Below are positions 1-9,697 of a stretch of 64,000 nt of DNA, one piece after another (position 1 is the stretch's first letter; each line of letters starts with the position of its first letter). This stretch comes from a bacterium. GTDB taxonomy: Bacteria; UBA8248; JACPRG01; G963555815. Position numbers and translations under genes: made by a program. The stretch is from NCBI GenBank assembly GCA_965218795.1, contig OZ244653.1, positions 1,216,001-1,280,000 on the forward strand, written 5' to 3'. Under the pieces are notes generated by a model that saw only the letters and a program-made list of their open reading frames with translations, had not been told where the DNA came from and searched no databases.

Positions 1-583
1 CAATGTGCCTTCGTCCGGCTTCTTCGTGGAACTCCTCTTCCGGAAAGCCTCCGATCAGGTCCGCCCCCATCCGCAGGGCTTCTTCCAGGAGCTCGCCCGT
101 CCCCGGATCCGATTCGATTCCGTGCTGGGGCATGGCGACGACTTGCAGGTCCACGAAGTCGGCCATCCGTTCCTTCAACGCGAGTACTCCTTCCAGACCG
201 GTCAGACCCGCGGCGGTGTCCACGTCCACATGAGTCCGCAGGGCCGTCACTCCGGCCGCCATGGCCCAGCCAAGGGCCGTCCCCCCGCGCTCGACGACGT
301 CTTCCACGGTAAACCGCCGTTTTTCCTCCCGGAGGTTATGCCGGGCCTCCTCGGAGGACATGCTGACGTTCGGCGGCATCCGATCGCTGATCAGGGCCTT
401 GTCCAAATGTGTGTGAGGCTCGACCAACGCGGGGTGGGTCAGGAAACCTTCTGCGTCCAACACATCCCGCCCGTCGGTTGGCGGATCCTTGGAAATCGAA
501 TCAATTCGGCCCTCGCAGAGACCGACGTCCACCAAACCATCCCGGCCCCGAAGACGCGCGTTCTTGAGAATGAGGTCAGTCAT
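1..583 (-). CDS. cytosine deaminase-like metal-dependent amidohydrolase (runs off window start)
   Basis: Not in ORF track. Manual translation from ATG 583: MTDLILKNARLRG...PALVEPHTHLDKA...GVTALRTHVDVD...DLQVVAMPQHG...GADLIGGFP, typical CodA-family HxH and RTHVD motifs. The + strand ORF 5..661 is its shadow. Confidence 0.85.
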   Translation of the reverse strand, partial: MTDLILKNARLRGRDGLVDVGLCEGRIDSISKDPPTDGRDVLDAEGFLTHPALVEPHTHLDKALISDRMPPNVSMSSEEARHNLREEKRRFTVEDVVERGGTALGWAMAAGVTALRTHVDVDTAAGLTGLEGVLALKERMADFVDLQVVAMPQHGIESDPGTGELLEEALRMGADLIGGFPEEEFHEEAGRRHI

Positions 584-1168
584 CAGGCGACCACGCATAA
601 AGAAAGGTTCAATTGGCTCAGGAACCTGCAATGTTGCCGGAATGGTTCCCATACTAGATGATTTTCAAGGGAGACGGTAAATCTCGTCGTACTCGCGAGA
701 CCCTGGCGACCGGATCGAGCGCGGCGATATCGATGGGCGCGCGGAAGAAATTTTTGCGGAAAAGTGAAGAAGTGGGGCGCCGTCCCGCAGGCGGTCAATG
801 CCAGCCCTCGCATTCGACATCCAGCTGGTAGCGCATGAAAACCAGGTCGTTCCATGAGGAGGTATACATCGGCGGGATAAGGCTCGCCCGACTCTTCGAG
901 CGCTTCTTCCAGAACCCGGCAGGCAGCGTCCACATTTCCCTTTACTTCATGCCACATGGATCTTCCCGACCCTGAAAATGATCAGAGATCCTCATCGCGG
1001 AGCCTTTCGGCGTACTGATCCGAATGGGTGATGACCCGAATCGCAAATTCACGGCTTGTACGACCAGGCTTCATTCCTCACAGGCTGGATAAACTTCCTG
1101 GCCGTGACGATGGGTCGCCTCCCCATGTTGCGACAGCCCTGGTGAGGGCGCTCGGTGTTGTAGAACTC

Positions 1169-1220
1169 GACGAGGCGTCTTGACGAAGCGTCTTGACGAG
1201 GCGTCTTGACGAGGCGTCTT
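1169..1220. repeat. 13-bp tandem repeat x4 (GACGAGGCGTCTT)
   Basis: Copies at 1169, 1182 (one mismatch), 1195 and 1208. Confidence 0.95.
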
Positions 1221-1298
1221 CAGGTGCGCGTTCAAGTCCTTCTCTCGCAGTCCGCCCTCTGTTGCCTGGATTCCTGTTGCAGCCTGCTAGCCTGGCCC

Positions 1299-1398
1299 CT
1301 GGATTCCTGCTTGCGCAGGAATGACGGGTTGGAGGTCACGTGGCCCATGTTCGTCGAGAGCCTGCCCCTGCATGTATTCGGCAGGGGGCGGGAATGAC
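1299..1398. repeat. REP/RPE-like palindromes
   Basis: CTGGATTCCTGCTTGCGCAGGAATGAC (minus strand reads VIPAQAGIQ, a widespread palindromic repeat) and a related ...GCGGGAATGAC copy. Confidence 0.6.
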
Positions 1399-2039
1399 CG
1401 ACCCAACCCGCGCCGGTCCCGGTTACTTTCGTTCAACTTACGTATAACATGGGGCCTCTTCCACGGCCTGTCAAGGGGATTTTTCGTTTTCATGTTGTTC
1501 TTCAGGGCCTTCGGGCCGCTGAAATTCTTTTCGAGGGTGTACCAGACCCCCGGTTGGAACCCGCCCCGCAACGCCGCTCCATCGCCGTCGCCTGCTGCGG
1601 CGCGAGGGGCGGCTTCTCCCGGCCGGCCGGCTCCTCCAGCCTCACAAGCCGCTTATGCCGGGAGGCCGTCCCGTTCCTGATCAGGATGTTCTGAATGGCG
1701 GGGCTTCACGTGCTCCCTGGTCAGGATATCGTCTGTTCGGGAAGATGCCTAGTTGTACAAATACATATCATGCGTCCCCTCAACTCTTTCCATACCGACG
1801 GAACTTTCCTCTGCGGGTTTGGACCTGAAGTTCAGACCGCAGTATACCAGCAGTTCCTTCTGCCTCCGCTGGATTCAAGTACCCGCCCGAATCTCGTTGA
1901 CCCGCCGAATGCTTGCCGAATTTTTTTAAAAATGCTAACGTCTAAACTGTTTTGAAATCGACCTTCTACGAAAGCGAGAGCAACAGACTCTTTCTCACTC
2001 CGAATCGACCCCTCAGCAATTGATTCGGCCGGAGGGCAT

Positions 2040-3005
2040 GTGCCTGTGGCAACGTTCGGTGTCTTTCTCCCTGCATTCGGCTACCCGGCCATCACGCTCG
2101 AATTCCTGAAGGAAGCCGCACAGGAAGCGGAAGACCTCGGGTATACGGGCGTTTACGTCGCCGATCACCCAATCTATACGGAAGGGCTGGCGTCCTTCGG
2201 TCAGAAGGGGATCTACGACCCCATCGTCACGCTTTCGCAGATTGCCGCCGTCACCAGCACCATCAAGGTCGGCGCGGGCGTGCTGCTGGTCCCGCTCCGG
2301 CATCCGCTGATGCTGGCCAAGTCCCTCGCGACGCTGGATGTCGCATCCAACGGCCGCCTGGACAACGGCGTCGGGGTCGGCGCTTACGAGCCCGACTATC
2401 ATTCCACCGCCACGCCGTTCAGGAAACGGGGTCGGATGTACGACGAGGCCCTGGAGGTCATCACCCGCCTGTGGACGGAAGATTCGGTAACCCACGCCGG
2501 AGAGTTTTACCAATTGGATGGCGTCTCCCTCCAGCCCAAGCCGGTTCAGAAGCCTTTTCCCGGCTTTTGGTTTGGCGGCGATGTCCGGCGAACCTGGGAG
2601 CGCGCGGCGCGGATCGGATCCGGCTGGGGCCCCTGGGCGCCGACCATCGAACACATGCAGAATGGAATGACGGCGATTCGAGAGGTTGCTCAGGCGGAGG
2701 GCCGCGATCTAACCGGCTTCCGCTTCATCTGCGAGGCCTGGACCGCGGTCGATGACGATGTAAAACGCGCCGAAAGCGCTGTGGAGCCCGCGTTGTCCTA
2801 TTTCGTGAAGCACCATCAAATGGACATCGGGATGGACTTCATGCATTCCAACTCGTTCATCGGTCCGCCTGAGAAGATTGCGGCCCGCTTGCAGGAGTGG
2901 ATCGACATCGGCGTGAAAGAGTTCCACCTCGCTTTCTGCCCGTGGGAGAAGTGCCGGGAATCGATGAGAGTCGTGGCGGAAAAGGTCATACCGCAATTCC
3001 GATAG
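2040..3005 (+). CDS. LLM-class flavin/F420-dependent oxidoreductase
   Basis: VYVADH, DPIVTLSQIAAVTSTIKVG, RHPLMLAKSLATLDVASNGR, PKPVQKP motifs. Confidence 0.9.
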   Translation: MPVATFGVFLPAFGYPAITLEFLKEAAQEAEDLGYTGVYVADHPIYTEGLASFGQKGIYDPIVTLSQIAAVTSTIKVGAGVLLVPLRHPLMLAKSLATLDVASNGRLDNGVGVGAYEPDYHSTATPFRKRGRMYDEALEVITRLWTEDSVTHAGEFYQLDGVSLQPKPVQKPFPGFWFGGDVRRTWERAARIGSGWGPWAPTIEHMQNGMTAIREVAQAEGRDLTGFRFICEAWTAVDDDVKRAESAVEPALSYFVKHHQMDIGMDFMHSNSFIGPPEKIAARLQEWIDIGVKEFHLAFCPWEKCRESMRVVAEKVIPQFR

Positions 3006-3048
3006 AAATTCGTATCGGAGACGGCCACCTGTAGACCATCAGCAGAAT

Positions 3049-4023
3049 ATGGAGGGAAATCCCGTGAGAAAATGTTTGAGGTTCGTTGTCGCCGCACTGG
3101 TATTTTCGATCTTTCTCGGAGCCAACGCGCAATGGGCCGCCTCGGCGGAGAAGGTCACGATGGTCGTAGGACCTTATGTGGGCTACGTCCAAATCTGGAA
3201 CATGAAGCCCTATGCCAAGAAGTACGGGATCGATCTCGAACTCAGAAAGATGTTTACCTTCACGCAGATGCAGCAAGCCGTCGAGCTCGGCCAAGCCCAA
3301 GCGGGCACCGTCGGCTACCAGAACCTGGTCTTGATGGCCGACGCGGGCGGGCCGGCGAAAGCCCAGGCCGTCGCCGGCGTTTACCGCCGCGGCCAGGACA
3401 TCGTCTTCCACAAGGACGTCAAGATCTCCAAGTGGAAGGATATCGAGGGGAAGACCATCGCGAGCGTGCCGGGATCCTTCTCGTACTTTCTGTTCCGTTT
3501 TGCCGCCCGGAGCAACGGCGTCGACCTGAAGAAGGTCAAGCTCAAAGGATTGACACCGTCGCCGACGATGCATCTGGCCCTCGAGCGTCGCGACGTAGAC
3601 GCGCTGGTGATTTGGGTGCCGGCCCTCGCCTTCCCCATCGCGAACGGATTCGGATACAGCCCCCCGATCACGATCAACGACACCGCCATCGGAAACATCA
3701 ACGCCCTGCTGGCCATGCGAACGGACTTCATCCAGAAGGGGAAGGTCGCCGTCGATATGATGAAGGCCTATGTGGCGGCCGCCGATCTCTTCGCGAAAGA
3801 CAAGGCGGCCTGGATGAAGGGCGCAAAATCCCTCACCGGAATGAAGCCGAATGTTCTCGAAGAATCTCTCAAGTTCCTGATTTTTGACACCAAGATGTAC
3901 CCCGAGAACCTGAAGATTCTGGCTGAGAACGCCTACAAGCTCAAAATGGTCAAGAAGGACACCAGCGGAACCGTCATGCAGTGGATGAACCCCTGCGTCC
4001 AGAAAGCGGCCCGCGGAATGTAG
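3049..4023 (+). CDS. ABC transporter substrate-binding protein (SsuA/NMT1/THI5-like)
   Basis: Signal peptide, DIEGKTIASVPGS, VDALVIWVP; precedes permease and ATPase. Confidence 0.85.
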   Translation: MEGNPVRKCLRFVVAALVFSIFLGANAQWAASAEKVTMVVGPYVGYVQIWNMKPYAKKYGIDLELRKMFTFTQMQQAVELGQAQAGTVGYQNLVLMADAGGPAKAQAVAGVYRRGQDIVFHKDVKISKWKDIEGKTIASVPGSFSYFLFRFAARSNGVDLKKVKLKGLTPSPTMHLALERRDVDALVIWVPALAFPIANGFGYSPPITINDTAIGNINALLAMRTDFIQKGKVAVDMMKAYVAAADLFAKDKAAWMKGAKSLTGMKPNVLEESLKFLIFDTKMYPENLKILAENAYKLKMVKKDTSGTVMQWMNPCVQKAARGM

Positions 4024-4195
4024 GCAACCCATCCACGGGGCGTCCCATTCGGCGAAGACAGCAAGCGGCGGGCAAGTGTCTCCTGACACTTGTGTAAGGC
4101 GGGCAAGGAACCCGGCTCCCTCCACAGGGGATGGTCACGTCTCCGCCGCTTGACTCGCGGCCGGATCGGTGACTCCCCGCACCGGACAATCGCGC

Positions 4196-4978
4196 ATGGG
4201 CAATCAGACCTACCAGAAGCTGATCGTTCCCACCCTTTTCATCATCCTGTGGAGTATGGTCACTTGGTTAGAACTCGTGGAACCAAGGTACACGCCCTCT
4301 CCCAGGCAGGTGGTTCTCGGATGGTGGGAATGGATCGTCGGGTCCACCACGGATGCCGATGTCTGGTACTCGGGAACCTGGCTCAGCCACCTCGCGGACA
4401 GCTTCTACCGGGTGATGATCGGTTTCGCGCTTGCCGCGGCGGCCGGCGTAATCATGGGGATACTCATCGGGTGGTTCAGGCTGGTATCCAACCTGTTTGA
4501 CCCGTTCATCCAGTTGCTGCGGCCGATCCCGATCACGGCGTGGGTGCCCTTTTCCATTGTATTCTTCGGAATCCGGGACCCATCGGCGATTTTCCTCATC
4601 GGTTTCGGGACGTTTTTCCCCATCGTTGTGAATTCCACGGCCGGGGCCCAGCGCGTCCCCAAGGTCCTGATCCGGGCCGCATTGATGTTGGGAACCAAAC
4701 CCCGCAAGCTTCTCCATCGCGTGGTCATTCCTTCCGCCCTCCCGTCGATATTTACCGGATTGCGACTCGGCATCGGACTCGCCTGGGTCCTGGTGATCGT
4801 TGCTGAGATGCTCGCTGTGGATGCCGGCCTTGGCCGCGCTCTTTGGACGGCTTACGAGTTCATCCGGATGGACCTGATTGTTGCCGCCATGGTGAGTATC
4901 GGGCTCATGGGGTACCTCTCCGATTTGGTCATCGTCTTCATCCGGGACCGCGCGCTTCGCTGGGCAGAAGGAACCTGA
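4196..4978 (+). CDS. ABC transporter permease (SsuC/TauC-like)
   Basis: LRPIPITAWVP, AALMLG, VVIPSALPSIFTGLRLG motifs; hydrophobic. Confidence 0.9.
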   Translation: MGNQTYQKLIVPTLFIILWSMVTWLELVEPRYTPSPRQVVLGWWEWIVGSTTDADVWYSGTWLSHLADSFYRVMIGFALAAAAGVIMGILIGWFRLVSNLFDPFIQLLRPIPITAWVPFSIVFFGIRDPSAIFLIGFGTFFPIVVNSTAGAQRVPKVLIRAALMLGTKPRKLLHRVVIPSALPSIFTGLRLGIGLAWVLVIVAEMLAVDAGLGRALWTAYEFIRMDLIVAAMVSIGLMGYLSDLVIVFIRDRALRWAEGT

Positions 4979-4983
4979 ACTCG

Positions 4984-5778
4984 ATGGCTGGCGGTTTAAT
5001 CCGGTGCGAGGCTGTTCAAAAGAGTTTCTTCGATATCTCAGAAGGCCGGGAGATCGTCGCCATCCAGGAATTGGACCTCCAAGTGGAAAACGGCGAATTT
5101 CTCACAATCCTCGGTCCCAGCGGCTGCGGCAAGACCACCCTGCTCAATATCATCGCCGGCTTCGAGAACACGACCGCGGGCCAAGTGACCCTCCACGGAA
5201 ACCCCATTACGAAACCGGGCGCGGACCGGGGCGTCGTGTTCCAGGAGTACGCACTCTTCCCCTGGCTGACGGTCCTGGATAACGTGTGTTACGGCCTCAG
5301 GGAGAAGGGCATCCCCAGGGTGGAGCAGATCAAGACCGCTGAAGCCTATCTGAACGCCGTTGGTCTTGATGACTTTGGAAGCCGTTACCCCCATGAACTG
5401 TCGGGGGGGATGAGACAGCGGGTCTCTTTGATCCGCGTGCTCGCCAACGATCCCGAAATCCTCCTCATGGACGAGCCTTTTGCCGCGCTGGACGCCCAGA
5501 CCCGGAAGGACCTCCAGGAGGAGCTCGTCAACCTCTGGCAACAGGCGAACAAGACCGTCATCTTCGTCACGCACAATGTGGAGGAAGCGGTTTTCCTGGG
5601 AGACCGGGTCGTCGTGATGACCGCCAGGCCGGGACGGATCAAGAAAATCCTTGAGATTACGTTGAAACGGCCCCGGGATGTCATGGCTCCGGACTTCAAT
5701 GAAATCCGCCGGGAAGCCACAAAACTGGTGGAAGAAGAACTGAAAGGCCGCAGGCAGTCGATTCTCAGCGGCAATTGA
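4984..5778 (+). CDS. ABC transporter ATP-binding protein (SsuB/TauB-like)
   Basis: GPSGCGKT, LSGGMRQR, LLMDEPFAALD; ATG at 4984 just after the permease stop. Confidence 0.92.
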   Translation: MAGGLIRCEAVQKSFFDISEGREIVAIQELDLQVENGEFLTILGPSGCGKTTLLNIIAGFENTTAGQVTLHGNPITKPGADRGVVFQEYALFPWLTVLDNVCYGLREKGIPRVEQIKTAEAYLNAVGLDDFGSRYPHELSGGMRQRVSLIRVLANDPEILLMDEPFAALDAQTRKDLQEELVNLWQQANKTVIFVTHNVEEAVFLGDRVVVMTARPGRIKKILEITLKRPRDVMAPDFNEIRREATKLVEEELKGRRQSILSGN

Positions 5779-5889
5779 TTTGCCATCGCCCTGGGAAACG
5801 CCGGACGTCCGATATCAATGCCGATTGCCGAGGATATTCATGACCGCCCGGCATGTCCCCATGACCGCCGCTGAATCTCCGATTCAAGA

Positions 5890-6918
5890 ATGAAAGAAAG
5901 CGATCTCTGGCCGGTATTGAGGGATTACTGGCATCCGGTCGCCTTCTCGGAGGAAGTGTCCGATCGTCCGGTACCGATCGAACTCCTGGACGAGCGAATC
6001 GCCGTTTGCCGCCTCAAGGGTCGGGTCCGGGCCTTCCATGACCTCTGTATACACCGCGGCACCCCAATCTCCCTCGGGTGGGTCGAAGGGGAGCGTATCG
6101 TATGCGCCTACCACGGATGGGCGTACCGGGGGGACGGGAAATGCGTCCGAATTCCATCCCTTCCGTCCGAACACCCGATCCCCAAGAAGGCCTGCCTGAC
6201 CGCCTACCCCGCGGAAGAACGGTTCGGCCTCATTTGGGTGTGCCTGTCCGGGGCGCCCCGCGCAGCGATCCCCGAGTGCCCCGAATTTGACGACCCGTCC
6301 TTCCAGCCATTCCTGATGCAAAGGAAACGCTGGAAAGGCAGCGCCGCGCGCGTCATGGAAAACTTTCTGGATCAGTCCCATTTCGCCTGGGTCCATGAGG
6401 GCATCCTCGGGGATCGCTCCCATCCCATCGCGCCCGAGATGGAACTGGAGCGGAACGCAGAGACCTTCGCCTGCTCGTTCGAGAACATCCCGACGCCTAT
6501 TGCGCCCTTTCCGCATCGCCAGACTTACCACGTCCATCTGCCCTTCTGCTGTCATATGCTGAAGGCGGAGCATGGGACCCGGGCCAAGGTGCTGTACGTG
6601 GTCGGTCTTCCCCATGCGAGCCGCGTGAGCACCCGCTTCCTGATCGGCCTCAGGAACTACGACCTCGAACAGCCCGATATCGCGAACGGACCCGTGCACG
6701 TCCTCGAAGACGACGTCCGGGGCGATGCCGGCGATCCGGTCGTGCAGGAGGTCGTCCGGAGCCATGAAGTCGTCTACGAACAGGACGTTGTCATCGTCGA
6801 GCAGCAGCGACCGGAAGAGCTGCCTCTCGACCTGACGGAGGAGCTTCACGTCAAGACCCCCGACGCCGCAGCCATCGAGTATCGAAGAATGCTCAAGGAG
6901 ATCGGTCTGGAGGGCTGA
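5890..6918 (+). CDS. Rieske non-heme iron oxygenase (VanA/N-demethylase-like)
   Basis: Rieske motif CIHRG...CAYHGW; iron motif ENFLDQSHFAWVH. Confidence 0.9.
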   Translation: MKESDLWPVLRDYWHPVAFSEEVSDRPVPIELLDERIAVCRLKGRVRAFHDLCIHRGTPISLGWVEGERIVCAYHGWAYRGDGKCVRIPSLPSEHPIPKKACLTAYPAEERFGLIWVCLSGAPRAAIPECPEFDDPSFQPFLMQRKRWKGSAARVMENFLDQSHFAWVHEGILGDRSHPIAPEMELERNAETFACSFENIPTPIAPFPHRQTYHVHLPFCCHMLKAEHGTRAKVLYVVGLPHASRVSTRFLIGLRNYDLEQPDIANGPVHVLEDDVRGDAGDPVVQEVVRSHEVVYEQDVVIVEQQRPEELPLDLTEELHVKTPDAAAIEYRRMLKEIGLEG

Positions 6919-6963
6919 ATGGACGGGTGTTTCGAGGAACCGCCTGAACGGCGGGGCCTGCTC

Positions 6964-7836
6964 TCATTCGAACTTGAATCGCCAGGTATCGCCGTCCCGG
7001 ACGATCCGGCCCGCCGTGGGGGAAGGGAAGTGGGCCGGAAAAACGAGGGTGTCGGTGTCGCAGTACCGGTTCAGGAAGGCCCGGCGGGTGGCCCTGGCGA
7101 GGTCGGAGTCGGCGCAGAAGCAACTGCTCCAATCCGGCTCGGCGCATTGGATGGCGTGGTGCATCAGGTCCCCGCTCATTACGATTTCCGATCCCCCCGA
7201 AGACAGGTGGGCGCAGACGTGACCGGGCGTGTGCCCGGGGCTCGGCTCGAGCCGCATGACCTCATCGAGCTCGAAGCCGTCATCCACGAAATCGGCCTGC
7301 CCGGCCGCGATGACGGGTGAGATGCTGTCCTGGTAATGCAGATGCTCGTCGTCCTCGGGGTCCCGGAATCGCCCTTCCCAGTATTCCCACTCCCGCCTGC
7401 CGAACAGGTACCGCGCGTTGGGGAACGTGGGTACCCAACGGCCGTCCCTGAGCCGCGTGTTCCATCCCACGTGGTCGACGTGCAAGTGGGTGCAAAAAAC
7501 GAAGTCCACATCTTCGGGAGTCACTCCGGCCGCGGCGAGGTTTTCAAGATAGGGCCACTGCTTCATGTGATAGCGGGCTCGTTGGGGCCTGCTCTTGTCG
7601 TTGCCCCCGCACGTGTCGACGAGGATCGTGTGGCGGGGCGTCCGAATCACGAGCGAATGAAACGAGAGGATGAGCAGTCCGGTCTTCGGGTCCAGCAGGG
7701 ACGGCTCCAGCCAATGGCGATGGCCATCGATGGCTTCTGGCGTGCAGTCGGGAAAAAGCTCAAAGGGGTCCAACGATGGGCCCTCGAATTCGAGGACCCG
7801 GTCAATGGCAATATCTCCAAGAGGCCACTTGTTCAT
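6964..7836 (-). CDS. MBL-fold metallo-hydrolase
   Basis: THLHVDHVGWN, PGHTPGH, SGDLMHH, PAHF; likely start MNKWPLG at 7836. Confidence 0.9.
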   Translation of the reverse strand: MNKWPLGDIAIDRVLEFEGPSLDPFELFPDCTPEAIDGHRHWLEPSLLDPKTGLLILSFHSLVIRTPRHTILVDTCGGNDKSRPQRARYHMKQWPYLENLAAAGVTPEDVDFVFCTHLHVDHVGWNTRLRDGRWVPTFPNARYLFGRREWEYWEGRFRDPEDDEHLHYQDSISPVIAAGQADFVDDGFELDEVMRLEPSPGHTPGHVCAHLSSGGSEIVMSGDLMHHAIQCAEPDWSSCFCADSDLARATRRAFLNRYCDTDTLVFPAHFPSPTAGRIVRDGDTWRFKFE

Positions 7837-7926
7837 TGACCAAACTCTCCGTCGGCGCGATACCCCGATGTTCGGCTCATCCGATCCGGATTCCGGGGCG
7901 TCGAACCCGAACCGGGAGGAGCACCC

Positions 7927-8240
7927 ATGGCGTATGTTCGCCAAATTGAACCCAAGAATGCAACTGGCGAAGTCAAAGAATTTCATGACAGGCTCATCGA
8001 AAGGGATGGGCAGGTTCGCGGGCTCTTCAAGCTGTCCAGCTTGAAACCCGACATCATGTTCGGGCTGAGCGCTCTTTACAGCACGGTCATGTATGGAGAA
8101 TCTGGCCTCTCTCGCGCCGAAAAGGAGACGGTCGCGATCGTCGTGTCGGAGATCAACGGGTGCGGCTACTGAGTCCAGAACCACGGAGGGTCGCTCCGTA
8201 AGGAACTGGACGATGAGGAGCTCGCCCGACAGGTCATCCC
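7927..8240 (+). CDS. AhpD/CMD-family selenoprotein candidate (CxxU), probably 3'-truncated
   Basis: LSRAEKETVAIVVSEINGCGY-TGA(8170-8172)-VQNHGGSLRKELDDEELARQVI; TGA sits at the second Cys of CxxC. GGAGG SD upstream. Family likeness ends at about 8240. Confidence 0.75.
8183..8199 (+). promoter_or_regulatory. putative SECIS hairpin of AhpD-like gene
   Basis: ACGGAG-GGTCG-CTCCGT perfect stem starting 10 nt after TGA. Confidence 0.7.
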
Positions 8241-8440
8241 GAACCCCCTCAAAAACTTTCATTTCGCGAGCAGGCCGAGCATTGGCTATTCGCGCGGTCA
8301 AGAAGGTGATGGAAGGCATGGCCGTATGAATTGGGAGCATCTGAGGGGACATTTTGAAAATCGCCCCCTCAGACTCCCCTCAAAAACTTTCGTTTCGCGC
8401 CAAGAGGGCGGCCTGGCAGGCCTCCCTACTTGGCGCAGAA
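8241..8440. repeat. intergenic structured repeat (two partial copies)
   Basis: CCCCTCAAAAACTTTC(A/G)TTTCGCG at about 8245 and 8376; inverted arms CTGAGGGG...CCCCTCAG and GCGCCAAG...CTTGGCGC. Confidence 0.55.
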
Positions 8441-8549
8441 TACTTTGGCATGCTGTTCACGAGTCTAGGTCTCTTTCCGAACAAAGGATATCTTTCAAAG
8501 GGGGAAGGGGAGCACCTATCTCTAGCAGGATGGCAGAGAGGAGGGAGAC

Positions 8550-9178
8550 ATGACGAGATGGCTTCACCCGCTGGAAGCCTGGACGGGCACTTTCGGCGAC
8601 GCATACATCGAGCGAAACCTGGCCGACGACGCTCGTTTGAGACAGAGTATCGTCATGTGGCGCCAAGTGCTTCGCCCGCTTGCGGCGCAACCACCGCAAG
8701 CTGTCTCGAAGTCGGCGCAAATGTTGGCATCAACTTGAGGGCCTTGCACAAACTTCGCACGATCGAGATGTATGCGTGCGAGCCCAACGCCAGGGCCCGT
8801 GAGATCCTAGTCCGCGATGGCGTGGTCCCCGCTGACCGTGTGCTGGATGGCACGGTCGATCAAATCGACCTTGCGGATGCGAGCATCGACTTGGTCTTCA
8901 CCCGTGGCGTGCTGATCCATGTCGCCCCGAAACGCCTTGAAGCGGGCTATCGCGAGATGTACCGCGTCGCCGCGCGCTATCTCCTGACGATCGAGTATTT
9001 CGCGCATGAGCCAGAGGAGATCACGTATCGCGGCCAGGATGGCCTTCTGTTCAAGCGCGATTTCGGCGCGCTGTGGATCGACCTTTACCCGGCGCTCAAG
9101 TTGGTCGACTACGGCTTCTTCTGGAAGCGGGCCACCGGGTTGGATAATTTTACCTGGTGGCTTTTCGCGAAGCCCTGA
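8550..9178 (+). pseudogene. pseudaminic acid biosynthesis-associated SAM methylase, frameshifted
   Basis: N-terminus W.GTFGDAYIERN in one frame; LEVGANVGINL, DLVFTRGVLIH, YRGQDGLLFKRDF in another. One extra base near 8698 would join them. Confidence 0.8.
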
Positions 9179-9418
9179 CGCCGAAAAGCGTCTCATCAAG
9201 AATGAATTGTCCGAAGCGCGCCTCCGGGACGTCATCGGCGGTAAGAACGGCTCTAACGCCCGGAATGCTCTTCGTTCTTGATGTATCGATATGAAGAATT
9301 TGCGCGTGGGGGTTAAGTACTCGCAAGATCCGACCCGCGAGGCATCGGGGGGCCTCCAAAGGTCCGCCGCGTATCGGGACTGGCCGGTTGTCTTGGGGAT
9401 GCCGTCGTAGCGGGGCAA
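9179..9418 (-). pseudogene. xanthine dehydrogenase/CoxL-family Mo-subunit N-terminal fragment
   Basis: PRYDGIPKTTGQSRYAADL, then frameshifted PHAQILHIDTSRTKSIPGVRAVLTADDVP; rest missing. Confidence 0.75.
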
Positions 9419-9697
9419 GCTCTCTTCTCTTTAAGCGTAATCTCCATTTTCGTTCCAGACAATATCATTTTGGGGACGCAGGCCGGGTCTCAATCCGACC
9501 CAGTCGGATTGGCAGACATGATCATGGAACTTGCGCCGGCCGCCGATTTCTGTTACCCGTAGGGAGATTCAATTCAGGAGGAGCGCACTTCGGTGTCCGT
9601 CCGGTTGGACGGCCGGAGACGGAACCCGGTTTCCGCAAGACATTGCGGTCTGACGGTGTTCCACTGAGGTCAAGGATCTTCGGGAGGTCAAAAGACA

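Larger units (their letters stand above)
1057..1759 (-). mobile_element. internally deleted IS481-family remnant
   Basis: Imperfect terminal inverted repeats TGTACGACCAGGCTTCATTCC (1057) and TGTACAACTAGGCATCTTCCC (reverse complement from 1759). Minus-strand fragments SPAIQNILIRNG...RLEE and FYNTERPHQGCRNMGRRP resemble IS481 transposase. No target duplication seen. Confidence 0.7.

Noticed and set aside
5-661. 218-aa + strand ORF and many other long antisense ORFs (e.g. 9569..11440, 44002..45483)
   Set aside because: Shadow frames of GC-rich genes that have clear motifs on the opposite strand.
660-1050. Minus-strand ORF 583..957 with an upstream in-frame TGA
   Set aside because: No recognisable family or SECIS; probably a decayed fragment next to the IS481 end.
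1169-1220. CRISPR array
   Set aside because: Contiguous 13-bp units without spacers and no cas genes.
6935-6966. Hairpin CCGCC-GTTCA-GGCGG 9 nt after the MBL gene TGA as a SECIS
   Set aside because: The protein is complete at that stop, there is no redox motif, and the hairpin lies between convergent genes.
9420-9697. Riboswitch upstream of the peptide ABC operon
   Set aside because: A hairpin (CAATCCGAC/GTCGGATTG) exists, but I recognise no aptamer consensus; an Rfam scan would be needed.
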